Both the position numbers and the translations under genes were made by a program. A DNA stretch of 64,000 nucleotides from Scyliorhinus canicula (lineage: Eukaryota), in assembly GCF_902713615.1 (NCBI RefSeq), contig NC_052148.1, positions 81,746,966-81,810,965 on the forward strand, read 5' to 3'. Under the pieces are notes generated by a model. It made no database searches, was not told the DNA's origin, and was given only the letters and a program-made list of their open reading frames with translations. The first letter of the stretch is position 1, and every line of letters starts with the position of its first letter. This document shows positions 24,066-36,790 of this stretch, piece after piece.

Positions 24066-25306
24066 TCATATCTTATTATGATTTACAGCTCCTGACCACA
24101 TCAAAGCAGCTAAGTGGTTTCACTTCCTGTTTTCTAACAGCAGAAAGCACTTAGCATTGTGAAGAGAGGGAGCCCTAACCATTCACTATCTCCCACAAAC
24201 TGCCCCCCCCCCCCCCACACCCGGAACATATTTGGACCCGTGAGAAGGAATTGCCAGCATACATGCAGGGATCATCCGGCTGGACAGTGGTATGTTACCT
24301 TAAATACAAGAGTCAGACTTTGGCAGACACTGCGGAGCAGCAGAGCTCATCTCACAGCGAGTCATCATCATCCTCCTCCATCCCATGGACAAGACTCATT
24401 GATGCTGCCCTTGACCATCCAATGCCAGCAGATGACATGGTCACCCTCACCCTGAGTTGTACTGCTGTGCCACCTTCAACATATCCTCTCTCCACCCTCC
24501 CCCCCTTCCCCCCCTGCCGGCCCCCATCCTGGCCCCTTCGAGATGATGTAGTCCGCATTGCACCCCTGTCCCCATCAGTGACTGGCACCCTGTCCCATTT
24601 AAAAGGAAGGTGAGTGGAACTGAAGTGGAGAGATGGTGGAAGGTTGGTTGGGGTTGCTAGGATTAGTTCGGCCTCACTGTGATTGAGGTCGGAGAATTAA
24701 TAATGGAAAATAAGCAACCGGAAGATGAATTGAACAGATATCTATCTTCACTGCAGAGGATAAAGGTTACATCCCAGAAAGTATTGTGAATCAGGAGGTG
24801 AAAGGGCAGGAGAAACAAGAACAGTTAAGGGAAAAGGTACTGAAAAAAAACTAAGAGCCGACAAGTCGGCTAATCCTGATGGACTTCATCCGAGGGTCTT
24901 AAAATAAGTGGCAGCTGGGCGCATGGATGCATCAGTTTGAATTTTCCAAAATTCCCTACATTTTGAAAAGGTTCCATCAGATTGGATAAGAGCAAATGTG
25001 AATCCTCAATTCAAGAAAGGAGGGCAACAGAAAACAAGAAACTACAGGTCAGTTAGCTGAACATCTGTCCTATGAAAATGTCAGAATCTATTGTTAAGGA
25101 GGTTATAGTGGGGCACTGAGAAAATTTCAATGCAATCAGGCTGAGTCAACATGCATTTGAGAAAGGGAAATCATATTTGACTAAGTTAATGGAGTTCTTT
25201 GCAGAAATAACAAGCAACTTGGATAACAGGGAACCTATGGATGTGCTGTACATAGATTTATAGGATTAATTTGACAAAGTGCCACATCAAAGTATGCTGC
25301 TGTAGG

Positions 25307-26666
25307 TGTAATGATATGTATATGGACATACAAGTAAAAGGTTAATTATTACAGCTCAGTATAATACAAACACTATAGAACACCACCAGTTCCCAGTATA
25401 AATATCAGAACTCAGGGAATCTTGGGTAGTTAAGTGTTAGCAGAGGTGACAGATTGATCACAGCTCAAGGACTAGTTAAGATTAAATGGAAGTAGCATGT
25501 AGAGTTCATTAGTTATTACTTAATCATAGATTACTATTTAACATACTCAGTCTTACTTTATTAATAGTTACAGCTCTGTAGAGTGTGCAAACTCAATTTA
25601 ATTTAATCGTTATTCAATAAATCAGTTTTGCTTTAAGTTAGAGATTGGTGGTTTCTTTATAATCACACCATCCGACCATTCTGAATTCCGAAGCAAAGAG
25701 TAACAACATATTACCACAAAGTGTAATATAACATGGTACCAGGGAGTGACTACTGAAGCTAACTAGTATAGTTTAGTAAGAATAGAGTAAAAAGCTTTTT
25801 GTTTTGACTTGCGAAGCACCAACCTGTGTCTGCAGAACTTCGACGAATCCAGGATAGATGGACAAAGCTCAAGCTCCATGACAACTAAGTATCACCGGTA
25901 AACTTGATGTAAACTGGCAGGTGTTCAAGCAGCAGTTCCAAATTTATTTACAGACTTCCGATTTGAATAATGCTGCAGATGCACGTAAAATTGCTCTTCT
26001 ACTCACTATGGCTGGTCCACATGCCATTGAAATCTATAACTCTTTTCAATATACGGCAGATCAAGATAAAACTAAGTTTGAAGTAATACTTGCAAAATTT
26101 GAATACCATTGGAAAATCCAAACTAATGAAACATTTGAGTATTTTATTTTCAAACAAAAAAGGCAAAACAAGGGTGAATCAATTGACTTCTTTGTTACTG
26201 ATCTTAAACTGCTAGCTCAATCTTGCAACTTCTCATTACTGAATGATTCCATGATTGGAGACCAAATAATCTTTGGTATAATTGATGAAAAGCTTAGAGA
26301 AAGATTGCTCAGGCAAAAGGATCCAATGCTTGAAAATGCGATTGAAATGTGTCGTGTACATTAATTATCGAAAAATCAGTACCAAGAATTTTCCCTCTGC
26401 GAAAAGGGAGCGAAAATGAACCTCGAGGTAGAATGTGTTAAGGCAGTGTCACAGATGAAAAAGATGCGCGTTTCGGATGGCAGCTATCTTGCGCGTGTGC
26501 ATTATAGCCCTACACACTTCGTCAAAAGATGCGAGATGGACGAAATTCAATAAATCAGTTTTGCTTTAAGTTAGAGATTGGTGGTTTCTTTATAATCACA
26601 CCATCAGACCATTCTGGATTACAAAGCAAAGAGTAACGACATAGTACCACAAAGTGTAATATAACA
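25307..26666 (+). mobile_element. Gypsy-type LTR element reduced to 5' LTR + gag start + 3' LTR tip
   Basis: LTR 25307-25733; PBS TGGTACCAGGGAGTG (tRNA-Leu(UAA)-like) at 25734; gag from ATG 25858; partial 3' LTR 26545-26666; perfect TSD GTAGG (25302-25306 and 26667-26671). Confidence 0.9.
25858..26364 (+). pseudogene. Gag N-terminal remnant
   Basis: NWQVFKQQFQIYL...RKIALLLTMAG...RQNKGESIDFFVTDLKLLAQSCNF...DQIIFGI; premature TGA at codon 8. Confidence 0.8.
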
Positions 26667-27482
26667 GTAGGATGTTGGATACCATTCAGTAGGTCTCAAT
26701 GAAGTCTTCACAGTTAAAAACTGGGCATTTATGCAGTAAAGGTTCAAAATAGAGCTATCTCCATGCCTGCTTGGGCATATGGCTCGGCCCAACAGGAAGC
26801 TGTGGAGGCCGAGGTCTTGAGCATTTTCAAGGCTGAGATTGATAGGTTTTTAATCAGTAGAAGAATTAAGGGTTATAGAAACAAGCCAAGAAAATGGACT
26901 TAGTGATTGTGAGGTCAACCATGAGGTTATTAAACAGCAGAACAGGCTTGAAAGGTTGAATAGTTTACTCCAAATTCTTGTGATCTTATGGTCTTATGTT
27001 CTAACACTAGACTTAATCCAAGTGGTGAGTCAGGTGTTCTCTCATATCACTGTTTGGGCAGTACTATATTTAGACCCACATTATGTGCCAGTGCCTTATT
27101 CTACCATTCCCCCAAGTTTTTATCCCATGTATTTCAAGTTATTCTGGTTTACCCCTTCCATTTACAACATTATTACTCCCCCCTTCACATCTCTGAGTTC
27201 ACAGGTTCAGGTGGTCTGGAGACTTCGTAACCCTTCCATTTCTTGTTGGCACTACTGTTTGAGGGGTGGTGGGCTCATTGCAGTAAACGCTGTTAATTTT
27301 GAGGTTGTTCTTGCACCTGGATAACTTTTTATCGGCTTTTTCCATTCCTTGATATTGAATCACTGTTTGCTGATTTAGCAGTTGTGCTGGTGGACAGCTG
27401 TTGTTCCATCCAGTTTATTGTGGGGTGGACAATCATTGTGTTTGTCTCAATGTCAACTTTTCCTCTTCTTCCTTTGTCGTGT

Positions 27483-27840
27483 GGGGCAGCACGGTAGCAT
27501 TGTGGATAGCACAATTGCTTCACAGTTCCAGGGTCCCAGGTTCGACTCCGGCTTGGGTCACTGTCTGTGCAGAGTCTGCACATCCTCCCCATGTGTGCGT
27601 GGGTTTCCTCCGGGTGCTCCGGTTTCCTCCCACAGTCCAAAGATGTGCAGGTTAGGTGGATTGGTCATGATAAATTGCCCTTAGTGTACAAAATTTCCCT
27701 TAGTGTTGGGTGGGGTTGGTTACTGAGTTATGGGGATAGGGTGGAGGTGTTGACCTTGGGTAGGGGGTAGGGTGCTCTTTCCAAGAGCCGGTGCAGACTC
27801 GATGGGCCAAATGGCCTCCTTCTGCACTGTAAATTCTATG
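27483..27840 (+). mobile_element. HE1-type SINE with CR1/HER1-like tail
   Basis: tRNA head, V core, tail GACTCGATGGGCCAAATGGCCTCCTTCTGCACTGTAAATTCTATG. Confidence 0.88.
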
Positions 27841-28735
27841 TATATCACCATGTTCTCTGTGATAGAAGATGGCCGTTGTGGCTATTATGATAATGTGTTT
27901 TTTTAATAAGTCACCTTTGCGTTTGGCTCTGTATTGGGTTGTTGGCAAAGAACGGCTGCTACTTGGTTCCATACGGCACTGTCATGCTTTCTGAGAGTTG
28001 TAACATTTGCTGTGGTCCTCATCAACAGTTTTTGGAGGCGTAGGTTGAAGTTCTTCTGATTGTTGGTTGTTCTCATGCCTACCCTCCACTGAAGACGTTG
28101 TTGTTAACTATCTGAGTGTTTGGCTGGTCTGATCAATGAAGGATTTCTGACACCTATAATGAAAATGGACAAAGAGAGAAAACAGTTCAGTATAAAAGAC
28201 CCAGAACTCTTTCTTGTTGGAGCGCTCAGGAACTTGCAATTCTGTATAATTTATGGAAGTGGTTGTTTTAACATCTTCTGCCAGTTTGAGGAAATTCAGG
28301 ACGAGACACGCATCTCTGCTCAGTAGGGAAAAGATTGGTTATGTACATCAGCTTGAAGATTTGTTTGCTGCCATTCTTTAGTGGTTCCAGAATCATGTAT
28401 ACGGCGAGAAGTTGCATTCATCTGGGCCCGTAATGTGGTCTGTATGTTGTTCGAAGCCAGAGTTTTCTCAGCCATGGTTCTTTATCTGATTGGGAGTGAC
28501 CATAACACTCACTCCAGTGTCTAATTTAAAGTTTCTGCGATGGTTGTTAACTGAAATATCTGCACTCCAATATGAAAACCCAGGGTCTTTGATCTCACCC
28601 AAGAAACATGGCTGTGTGTCCTCTTGGTGTATGCAGTCTCAACCTCATGAATCATCTTTGGGTCTTTGGATGTTTTGGCTTTGTACAAAATGCCAAAGGG
28701 TCCAATTTAACAAACTAGACTCTAGCATTTCCTTT

Positions 28736-29071
28736 ACATAGACATAGAACAGTACAGCACAGAACAGGCCCTTCGGCCCTCGATGTTGTGCCGAGCCATG
28801 ATCACCCTACTCAAATCCACATATCCACCCTATACCCTAACCCAACAACCCCCCCAAACCTTACTTTTTTTAGGACACTACGGGCAATTTAGCATGGCCA
28901 ATCCACCTAACCCGCACATCTTTGGACTGTGGGAGGAAACCGGAGCACCTGGAGGAAACCCACGCACACACGGGGAGGACGTGCAGACTCCGCACAGACA
29001 GTGACCCAGCCGGGAATCGAACCTGGGACCCTGGAGCTGTGAAGCATTTATGCTAACCACCATGCTACCGT
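28736..29071 (-). mobile_element. Young HE1-type SINE
   Basis: Near-identical to 16728-17080. Confidence 0.88.
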
Positions 29072-29172
29072 TTCTACCACGGTTTAATTTCTCCTCTTAA
29101 AATGGACCTATACTGCACCCTACTGCACCTGGCGTTCAGACTGCCTGACAATCTGGATAGCTTTCTTGAGGG

Positions 29173-29961
29173 TGTAGCCATCTAAGATGGCCACCTGCAA
29201 AGGACCATGGGAATTATGGCCAACCCAGGACTCAGACAGATACAGAGCCTCTGTGTATCTGAAACACAGGTAACCACACCTGACCGAAACACCCGCTCGT
29301 TTGCATTTTAATGGCCCTTTCTCCCACGACAATAGAACTCCAAGTAAGCAACCGGTACAGTCACAGACTAATCGGCACCACTCCCCTTACTCAGAAAGCA
29401 CCGCTGAGGACCCGCCCAGCCAGCAAGGAACCCGCCCCTTTATTGGTCGAAGTCAAAGACAGTGATCAGAGCTCTGTCAAACTATTGGGTCCAAGGTTAA
29501 GGACTGCCCCAAAGAGCGCAAAATCCCAGAGGGATAAAAGAGGACACAGCCATGTGTTCTGTCTCTTTTGGATCCGGCCTGTGCCAGCCCAATTGTAGCA
29601 GGAACAGCCAGCCAAGTTCAAGACCAACGATCGCTACCTGACGGATGAGCCCAGCAGAGACAGAGCCACTTTCTTCGAACCAGCCAAGTGAAATCCAGAT
29701 AAAGGCCTTATCCATTTGGACAGTGCCGTTCGCCCTGAAGTTAACTATAGGTTATTGTAGCTGATAGGTGTGGTTTAACTCGTAGTAGATATTGTGTTTG
29801 CGTGTTGAGATAACTCTTGTGTATGTAAATAAACCATCTTTTGAGCTAACTAACTGGCTGTGTGGTCATTTGATCGATATAAGGGAAGGCATGTGGTTCA
29901 CTGAGATAAATAGAAATACCCACAGTATTGGCGACGCTGTTGGGACCGAAACAGAGCAACA
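29173..29961 (+). mobile_element. Solo LTR (789 bp), 4-bp TSD
   Basis: TG...CA ends; AGGG at 29169-29172 and 29962-29965; removing it restores the host gag frame ADLTLKK; AATAAA near 29828. Confidence 0.82.
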
Positions 29962-31149
29962 AGGGTTAGATCTGCCTTTGCTTGCAGCATGTCTGAGAGT
30001 GCACTGTTTGCTACTCCCGCAACTATTATGATAAGTTTAGATTTTAGGTCTCCATATTCGTAGTCTTCAGCCAACCACCACATATCATGAATGAATGATT
30101 CAACAGGTTCCCATGGCTGCTGGGCACTCTTACTAAATTTAGCCCTTTCAACGATTTTGTTACGTCATAAGTTAAAATTAACATCAAATGATTTTGGTAC
30201 TTGAAATTTAGCAGATGATTTGTTGATTTCTTGTCTAGCAATAATGTCATTAACCACCAGGCTGACCAAGTAAAGCAATGTGTTAACTTGTTGAACTTCT
30301 GTCTGTTTACCCAGACCTGAATCTAAGGAATGTTTTTCTCCAAAGTCACCAATTATCTGGATTGATCTGGACCTTGGATAAGTCCAAATTGATTGGGAGG
30401 AGTGGATTTCTGATCCACAGTTAAAACATTTTAAGATATCGGTTCAGCTTTAAGAAGTTGTTGAAGTTCAATATGGTGCTGCTATTCATTTGAAGACAAA
30501 GGGTTTACCCGCCCCGCCCACACTTGCGAGCTTTGGTGGGCTCCCACTGCATCGGCGCTCATGCTCAGCCTTGAAAAATATTTAAACAATGGCTGCTTGG
30601 ATCGACTAGCTGCAGACTTCTCCATTTCAGTGCTTTGCTTAAGGGTTGCGAAAATGTTGAATCCTGCCCTTTGTTGGTCTTGAAAAATGATTTGTTAGTG
30701 GCAATTCTGCCAAATTAAATTTTTTTTTCTTCTTGGGGAGAGCTCTGAGACAGCGTGTTCAGGCACCAAATGTTTTTCCGGCTGCGTTTTCAATGCCATT
30801 TTCTGACCACTGAATTATTTAAAAGTTTCTCAGAACTTGCTTTCTCCTTGAACTTCACAGTTTTAGTTCATCCCTGATAGGTTGGCTGATTCTGCACCGT
30901 GAGAATTGACACTGGACTTTAAAGACATTCTTCTGCTGCAGTGAGGAATTTTAAATTTCTGCCTTCAGCTTCCAAGCCTTTCTTTGGAGTTTTGTCCTGG
31001 CAATTTTCCTCTGCACATCTGCTTCTGGAACTTTTCTTCAGGTCAGGATGCTTCTTTGAATTTTCTTTAGTCCTGCAAGGTTTCTTTATTTTTTTTTTTA
31101 CGGTTTTGTATTTTTTCATTCACTGCCACCATGTTGCAGAGTTTTGAAA

Positions 31150-31430
31150 AATGAAATCTGATCTCATTGAAACCTATAAAGTACTTAAAGGGATAGACAG
31201 GGTAGGTGCAGGTAAGATGTTTTTCCTGGTTGGGGAATTTAGAACAGGGTACATAATTTCACAATAAGGGGGAAGCCACTTAGGACAGAAATGAGAATTT
31301 ATTTTTACTCAGAGGGTTATGAATCTTTGGAACTGTCTATCCCAGAAGACTGTGGAAGCTCATTAATAGAATATATTTAAAGCAGCGATTGACACATTTC
31401 TAAATATCAATGACATGAAGGGATAGGGTT
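31150..31430 (+). mobile_element. CR1/HER1 3' fragment
   Basis: DLIETYKVLKGIDRV...FTQRV-type sequence; homologous to the reverse complement of 53500-53720. Confidence 0.7.
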
Positions 31431-31433
31431 ATG

Positions 31434-31678
31434 GGCCGGGATTCTCCCCTACCCGGCGGGGCGGGGGTTCCCGGCGTAGCGGAGTGGCGCCAATCACTGC
31501 GGCGTCGGGCCTCGCCAAAGGTGCGGAATTCTCCACGGGGGCTAGGCCCGCGCCAGAGTGTTTGGCGCCACGCCGACTGGTGCCAAAACGGGCGCCAACG
31601 GCCTTTGACACCCACCGCCCGGCACCGGGGCTGGCTGAAAGGCCTTCGCCAGTTCGTGCATGCGCCGGTGCGTCAGCA
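31434..31678. mobile_element. Truncated Harbinger-type MITE
   Basis: TIR GGCCGGGATTCTCCCC; homologous to the right end of 7562-8279. Confidence 0.7.
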
Positions 31679-32289
31679 TTGTTGGAATGTATAAGGGAAT
31701 TTTTGTGGGGTAGAGGAACGGGGAATAAAAAGTAGAAGTAAGCTCAGAGTGTGAGTAGACAACAAATCAAGAAGTAATTAAGTAATAAAGCAATGAATTA
31801 AGTGATTATGAATTAATTATTCCTCTCCAAGCCACACACCATTCTGACTTGGAAACATATTGCTGTTCCTTCACTGTTGCGGGTCAAAAACCTGGAGATC
31901 CCTTCCTAACAGCACTGTAGGTGTACCTACAACACAGTGACTGCAGCAGGGTCCAGTTGGCATTCCCAATGCCCCTATGGCAGAAGAGCCACTGTGTTCA
32001 TAGACTATTTGATCAACGTTCATGAATTTCTTAATTCGAAGAGTGGTAAGAATTTGGAATTCGCGACCACAGGGAATGTTGAAGAGAATAGCATACACGT
32101 GTTTAAGATGAAGCTAGACAAGCATCTGGGGGCTAAGGGAATTGATAATCATGATGGTGATTTTGAATGAGAAAAGATGGGTGGAGTGAGCATGAACACC
32201 GACATTGGTTGATGGGCCAAACAACAAGTTTATGTGCAGTCTATCCTATGTATTCCATAGTTCTGAATCAGTTTGAGTGTCCTTATAGC

Positions 32290-32647
32290 ACTTGAGCACA
32301 AAAAAGCAAGGCTAGCATTCCTATGCAATGCTCAGGGTGTCGGAGGTGCTCACTTTTGGATCATCCTGAGGCCTTAGCTGACCTCTCAGGTGGACATCGA
32401 AGATTCCTTTGCACTATTTTGAAGAAGAAGAAGCAAATTATTCCTGCTATCCTGGCCAATATCTACCCCTCAATAAAAATCATAAACCTATGATCTGATC
32501 ATCAACATCTGACTGTTTATGGGAGCGTGTTGTTTACCAATTGGTTGTTGTGTTTCCAACATTTCGACGATGATTGCACATCAAAAGTATTGCATTGGTT
32601 GTAAAGCATTTTGAGGTTGTGAATGTCATCATACAACGGAAGCTTTT
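32290..32647 (+). mobile_element. Ancient DeuSINE (SacSINE1/AmnSINE1-like)
   Basis: Deu-domain-like CTCTCAGGTGGAC...GCACTATTTTGAAGAAG...CCTGGCCAATAT...CCCTCAA and an L2-type tail ATTGGTTGTAAAGC; recognised from recalled consensus. Confidence 0.7.
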
Positions 32648-32904
32648 GTTACATTTATATTATCTTTAGTCCGTTCATAAATGATATTTATTTAGCTTCT
32701 TTCCTCATTATTCAGGATACAAAAAATTCCGATATGTTAATTTTGGAATTTGTCTCACAGGCCACTTAATTTATTTAGTGTGAAGCCCATTTTCCCTATA
32801 GCCAAGAATACTCCACCTAATACAGTTGAAGTTGTTGAATTTGTACCAATTATGACAACAAACTTGATTAATGTTTTTAAGTCTCCTTGTGTTATTTTTA
32901 ATGT

Positions 32905-32973
32905 ATTGGCCCCACTAAATTGCCCCTTAATTAGAAAAAATGAATTGGGAACTCTAAATTTATAACAAAAAAA
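32905..32973 (+). mobile_element. 5'-truncated A-tailed HE1 SINE end
   Basis: TAAATTGCCCCTTAATTAGAAAAAATGAATTGGGAACTCTAAATTTA followed by an A run. Confidence 0.65.
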
Positions 32974-33067
32974 AATGACACAATGATTCACTAAGGTTGA
33001 TACAGAAAACAATCATTGCCTCCAGTCAGGAATCCAGAACAGGAAAGCATAATCTTAAATTCTAGTC

Positions 33068-36000
33068 CATACTGGTACTGTCACTGGGCTGATAATCCGG
33101 AGACCCGGGGGGTGCTCTGGGGACCTGGCTTTGAATCGCACGACAGCAGATAGTGAAAATTGAATTCAATTAAAATTGGGAAATAAAGGTCCAATATGAC
33201 CATAAAACCATTGTTGATAGCCGTAAAAACCCATCTGGTTCACTAATGTCCTTTAGGGAATGAAATCTGCTGTCCTCGCTTGGTCTGGCTCACATGTGAC
33301 TCCAGCAATATGGTTGACTCTGAACTGCTCTCCGAAATAGTCTATTCAGTTGTATCAAACTGCTAAAAAGTCAAAAAGGAATGAAACTGGACAGACCACC
33401 TAGCATCGAACTCGGAATCGGAAATTACAAAAGGCAAACTTCACCCTGTCAACCTTGCAAAGTCCACCTTACTAACATTTGGTGGCTTTTGCCAAAATTG
33501 GGAGACTTTCCTCACACAGTGTAGTTAAGCAACAGCCTGACATAGTCATACTGACGGAATCATACCTTACAGATAATGTCCCAAGCATCACCATCACCAA
33601 CTCTGGGTATGTCTTGACCCACCAGCAGCACAGACCCAGCAAAGGTAATGCCACAATGGTATACAGTGGAGAGGGAGCTGCCCTATGAGTCCTCAACATC
33701 GATTGCTGACCCCACAAATTCTCATGGGACCAGGCAAAATATTGGCAAGGTAATCTCCTGCTGAATACCACGTACAGTTCACCTTCAGCTCATGAATCAG
33801 TAATCCTTCATGTTGTATGCCACTTAGAGGAAGCACTAAGGCTGGAAAAGGTGCAGAATACTTCCTGGGTAGGGGACTTCAAAGTCCATCACCAAGAGTG
33901 CTTGAGAGCACCACAATTGATCAAGCTGGTTGAGACCTAAAGGACATAACTGCTGGGTCTGCGCCAGGTGGTGAGAGAACCAACAAGAGGGAAAAATATA
34001 CTTGACCTCATCCTCACCGGTAAAGAAGCATCGGTAGACGTTACCACTGCACAGTCCCTGTGGAGACAAAGTCTTGTCGTCATATTGAGAATATTCTGCA
34101 TTGTGTTGTATGGCATTACCACTGCACTAAATGGCATAGATTCCAAACAGATATATCAACTCAAATCTGGGCAATGACGATTTAGGCCATCAGTAGCAGC
34201 AGAATTGTACTCAACCACAACGTGTAACCTCATGGCCCGGCATATCCCCCACACTACCATTACCACTAAGTGAAGGGCTCAAACCTGGTTTGATTAACAA
34301 TGCAGGGGGGCTTGCCACGAGCAGCACCAGGCATAACTAAAAATGGAGTGTACACCTGGTGAAGCTACAACTCAGGACTACTTGCATACCAAACAGCATA
34401 TGCAGCAAGTGATAGACAGAGCTAAGGGAGTCCACAATCAATGGATCAGATCTAAGCTCTGCAGTCCTGTCACATCCAGCTGTGAATGGTGGTGGCAATG
34501 ACAACTAAGCAACACATTGCAGGAGGAGGCCCCACAAATAACCACATCCTCAATGATGGAGGAGCAAATTAGTGCAAAAAGCAAGGCTGAAGCATTCGCC
34601 ACATTTTTCTGCCAGAAGTGCCGAGTGGATGATCCATCTCGGTCTCCATCGGAGGTCCCCAGCATCACAGATATCAGTCTTCAGCCAATTCGATTCACTC
34701 CAGCTGATAGCAAGAAATGGATGAAGGCACTGGATACTGCAAAGGTTATGGGCCATTACAATACTGGCAATAGCACTGAAGACATGTGCTCCAGACCTTG
34801 CCGCATTACTAGCCAGAACAGCTACAAAGCTGGCATCTACCCAGCAATGTGGAACATTTCTCAGATATGGTCTGTGCACAAAAATGCAGGACAAATCCAA
34901 TCCAGCCAAATACCGCATTAGTCTCCTTTCGATTAGCAGCAAGGTGATGGAAGGGGTCATTGACAGTGCTATGAAGCAGCACTTACTCAGCTATATCCTG
35001 CTCAAAGACGCTCAACTTGGGTCCTGCCAGAGAAACTCAGCTCCTGACCTCATTACAGCCTTCGTTCAAACATGGACAAAAGAGCAGAACTCCAAAGGTG
35101 AGGTGAGAGTGACTGCCCTTGATATCAAGGCAGCATTTGACCAAGTATGGCAACACAAAGCCTCAGTCAACCTGGATTCAGTGGAAATCAGCAGGAAAAC
35201 TCTCCACTGGTTGGAGTTGTACCTGGCACAACTGAAGATTGTTGTGTATGTTGGAGGTCAATCATCTCAGTCGGGACATAACTGCAGGAGTTCCTCAGGC
35301 TAGTGTTCTAAGCCCAACCATCTTCAGCTGCTTCATTCTCCATCATAAAGAAGTCAGTATGTTCACTGATGATTGTGCAATATTCAGCACCATTTGTGAT
35401 TCCTCAGATACTGACACAATCCCTGTAGAAATGCAGCAAGGCCTGGACAATATCCAGGCTTGGGCTGACATGTGGAAAATATCATTCACGCCACACAAGT
35501 GTCAGGCAATGACCATATCTAACAAAAGAGAATCTAACCATCGCCCTTTGACATTCAGTGGCTTTATCATCACTGAATCCCTTGCTACCAATATCCTGGC
35601 AGCTACCATTGACCAGAAACTAGCCATAAAAATACTGTGGCTGCAAGAGGAATTTTGCAGCAGGTAACTCACGTCCTGACTTCCCAAAACCTGTCCACTA
35701 CATACAAGGCACAAGTCAGGAGTGTGATGGATTACTCTCAACGTGCCTGGATAAGCGCAGCTCTAACAACACTCAAGAAACACGACACCATCCAGGACAA
35801 AGCAGTCCCCTTGATTGGCACCTCATTCCACAAACATTCACTCTCTCCACCTGCGACACACAGTAGCAGCCTTGTGTACCATCTACAAGATGCACTACAG
35901 GTACTGAGCAAGGTTTCTTAGACAGCACCTTCCAAATTTATGACCACTACCATATAGATGGACAAGGGCATCAGACACATGGGAACATCACTATCTGAAA

Positions 36001-36212
36001 GTAACCCTCCAAGCTACTCACCATCGTGACTTGGAAATATATCGTCATTCCTTCACTGTGGCTGAGTCCAAATCCTGGAACTCCCTCCAACATCACATGG
36101 GCTGCAATGGACTAAGAAAGCAGCTCATCACCACCTTTGCAAGGGCAATTAGGGATGGGCAATAAATACTGGCTCAGCCAGCAACACCTACATCCCTTGA
36201 ATTAATTTTTTT
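33068..36212 (+). mobile_element. Near full-length decayed single-ORF LINE (APE + RT, CR1/L2 group) with tRNA-like 5' head
   Basis: APE motifs QQPDIVILTES, GDF and EPTRGKNILDLILT; RT motifs YRISLLSISSKVME, ALDIKAAFDQV, GVPQASVLSP and MFTDD; 3' end GGGCAATTAGGGATGGGCAATAAA; many frameshifts. Confidence 0.85.
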
Positions 36213-36499
36213 AAATCACAAAGTGAAAAAAAAATTCACACCAAAGGCGTGTAGCTTGTAGTTTTAAGACCAATCAATAGATTTTTGCTAGATAATGGTA
36301 TCAAGGGATATGGGACAAAGGAGACGAAATAGACTGAAGGTATTGATCAGCTATGGAATACCTGAATGGTGGAACTGGCTTCAAGGGCTGCAAGGCCAAC
36401 TCTGTCCCTATTTCCAATGTTCCTATGTTGAAATGAAGGAATTGCCATAAATTTTCTTTTTCCCTGTCCCTCAAACACTGAGCGATTTGGGTCACATAA

Positions 36500-36790
36500 A
36501 ATGATATTTAGGCAGATGTTCAAATGATTCGTCAAAGAGGTAGGTTTTAAGGAGCATTTCAGGGAGGTAGAGAGGCAATGCGGTTTAGAGAAGGAATTCT
36601 AGAGCTTACAGCCTTAGCAGCTGAAGGCACAGCCGCCAATGATGGAACAATTAAAACTAAGAATGCTCAGGGTGCCAGGATTCACAGATATTGTGGAGGG
36701 CTGTGGGGTTGGAGGAGATTACAGAGGTGGGAGGGGATGAGACCATTGAGGGATTTTAGAAAGCAAGGATAGAATTTTAAAAAGTGTGAG
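36500..36790 (-). mobile_element. Old L2-like 3' fragment
   Basis: Minus strand resembles an L2 C-terminus (GGCAFSC..LxNSL...LLKTYLFD); heavily decayed. Confidence 0.45.

Larger units (their letters stand above)
24690..27000 (+). mobile_element. Decayed CR1/HER1-like LINE fragments (24690-25300 and about 26790-27000)
   Basis: Degenerate RT-region motifs (PDGLHPRVLK, KKGGQQK..NYRSVSL, SQHAF.KG) and a CR1-type 3' end; many stops. Confidence 0.7.
27000..31140 (-). mobile_element. Old, heavily deleted Gypsy element (gag/PR/pol scraps)
   Basis: Protease FKLDTG near 28510-28530; gag LSDMLQAKADL|TLKKAIQIVRQSE split by a solo LTR; PBS TGGTGGCAGTG (tRNA-Leu-like) at 31131-31121 next to an LTR-like ...CAACA end. 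Confidence 0.65.
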
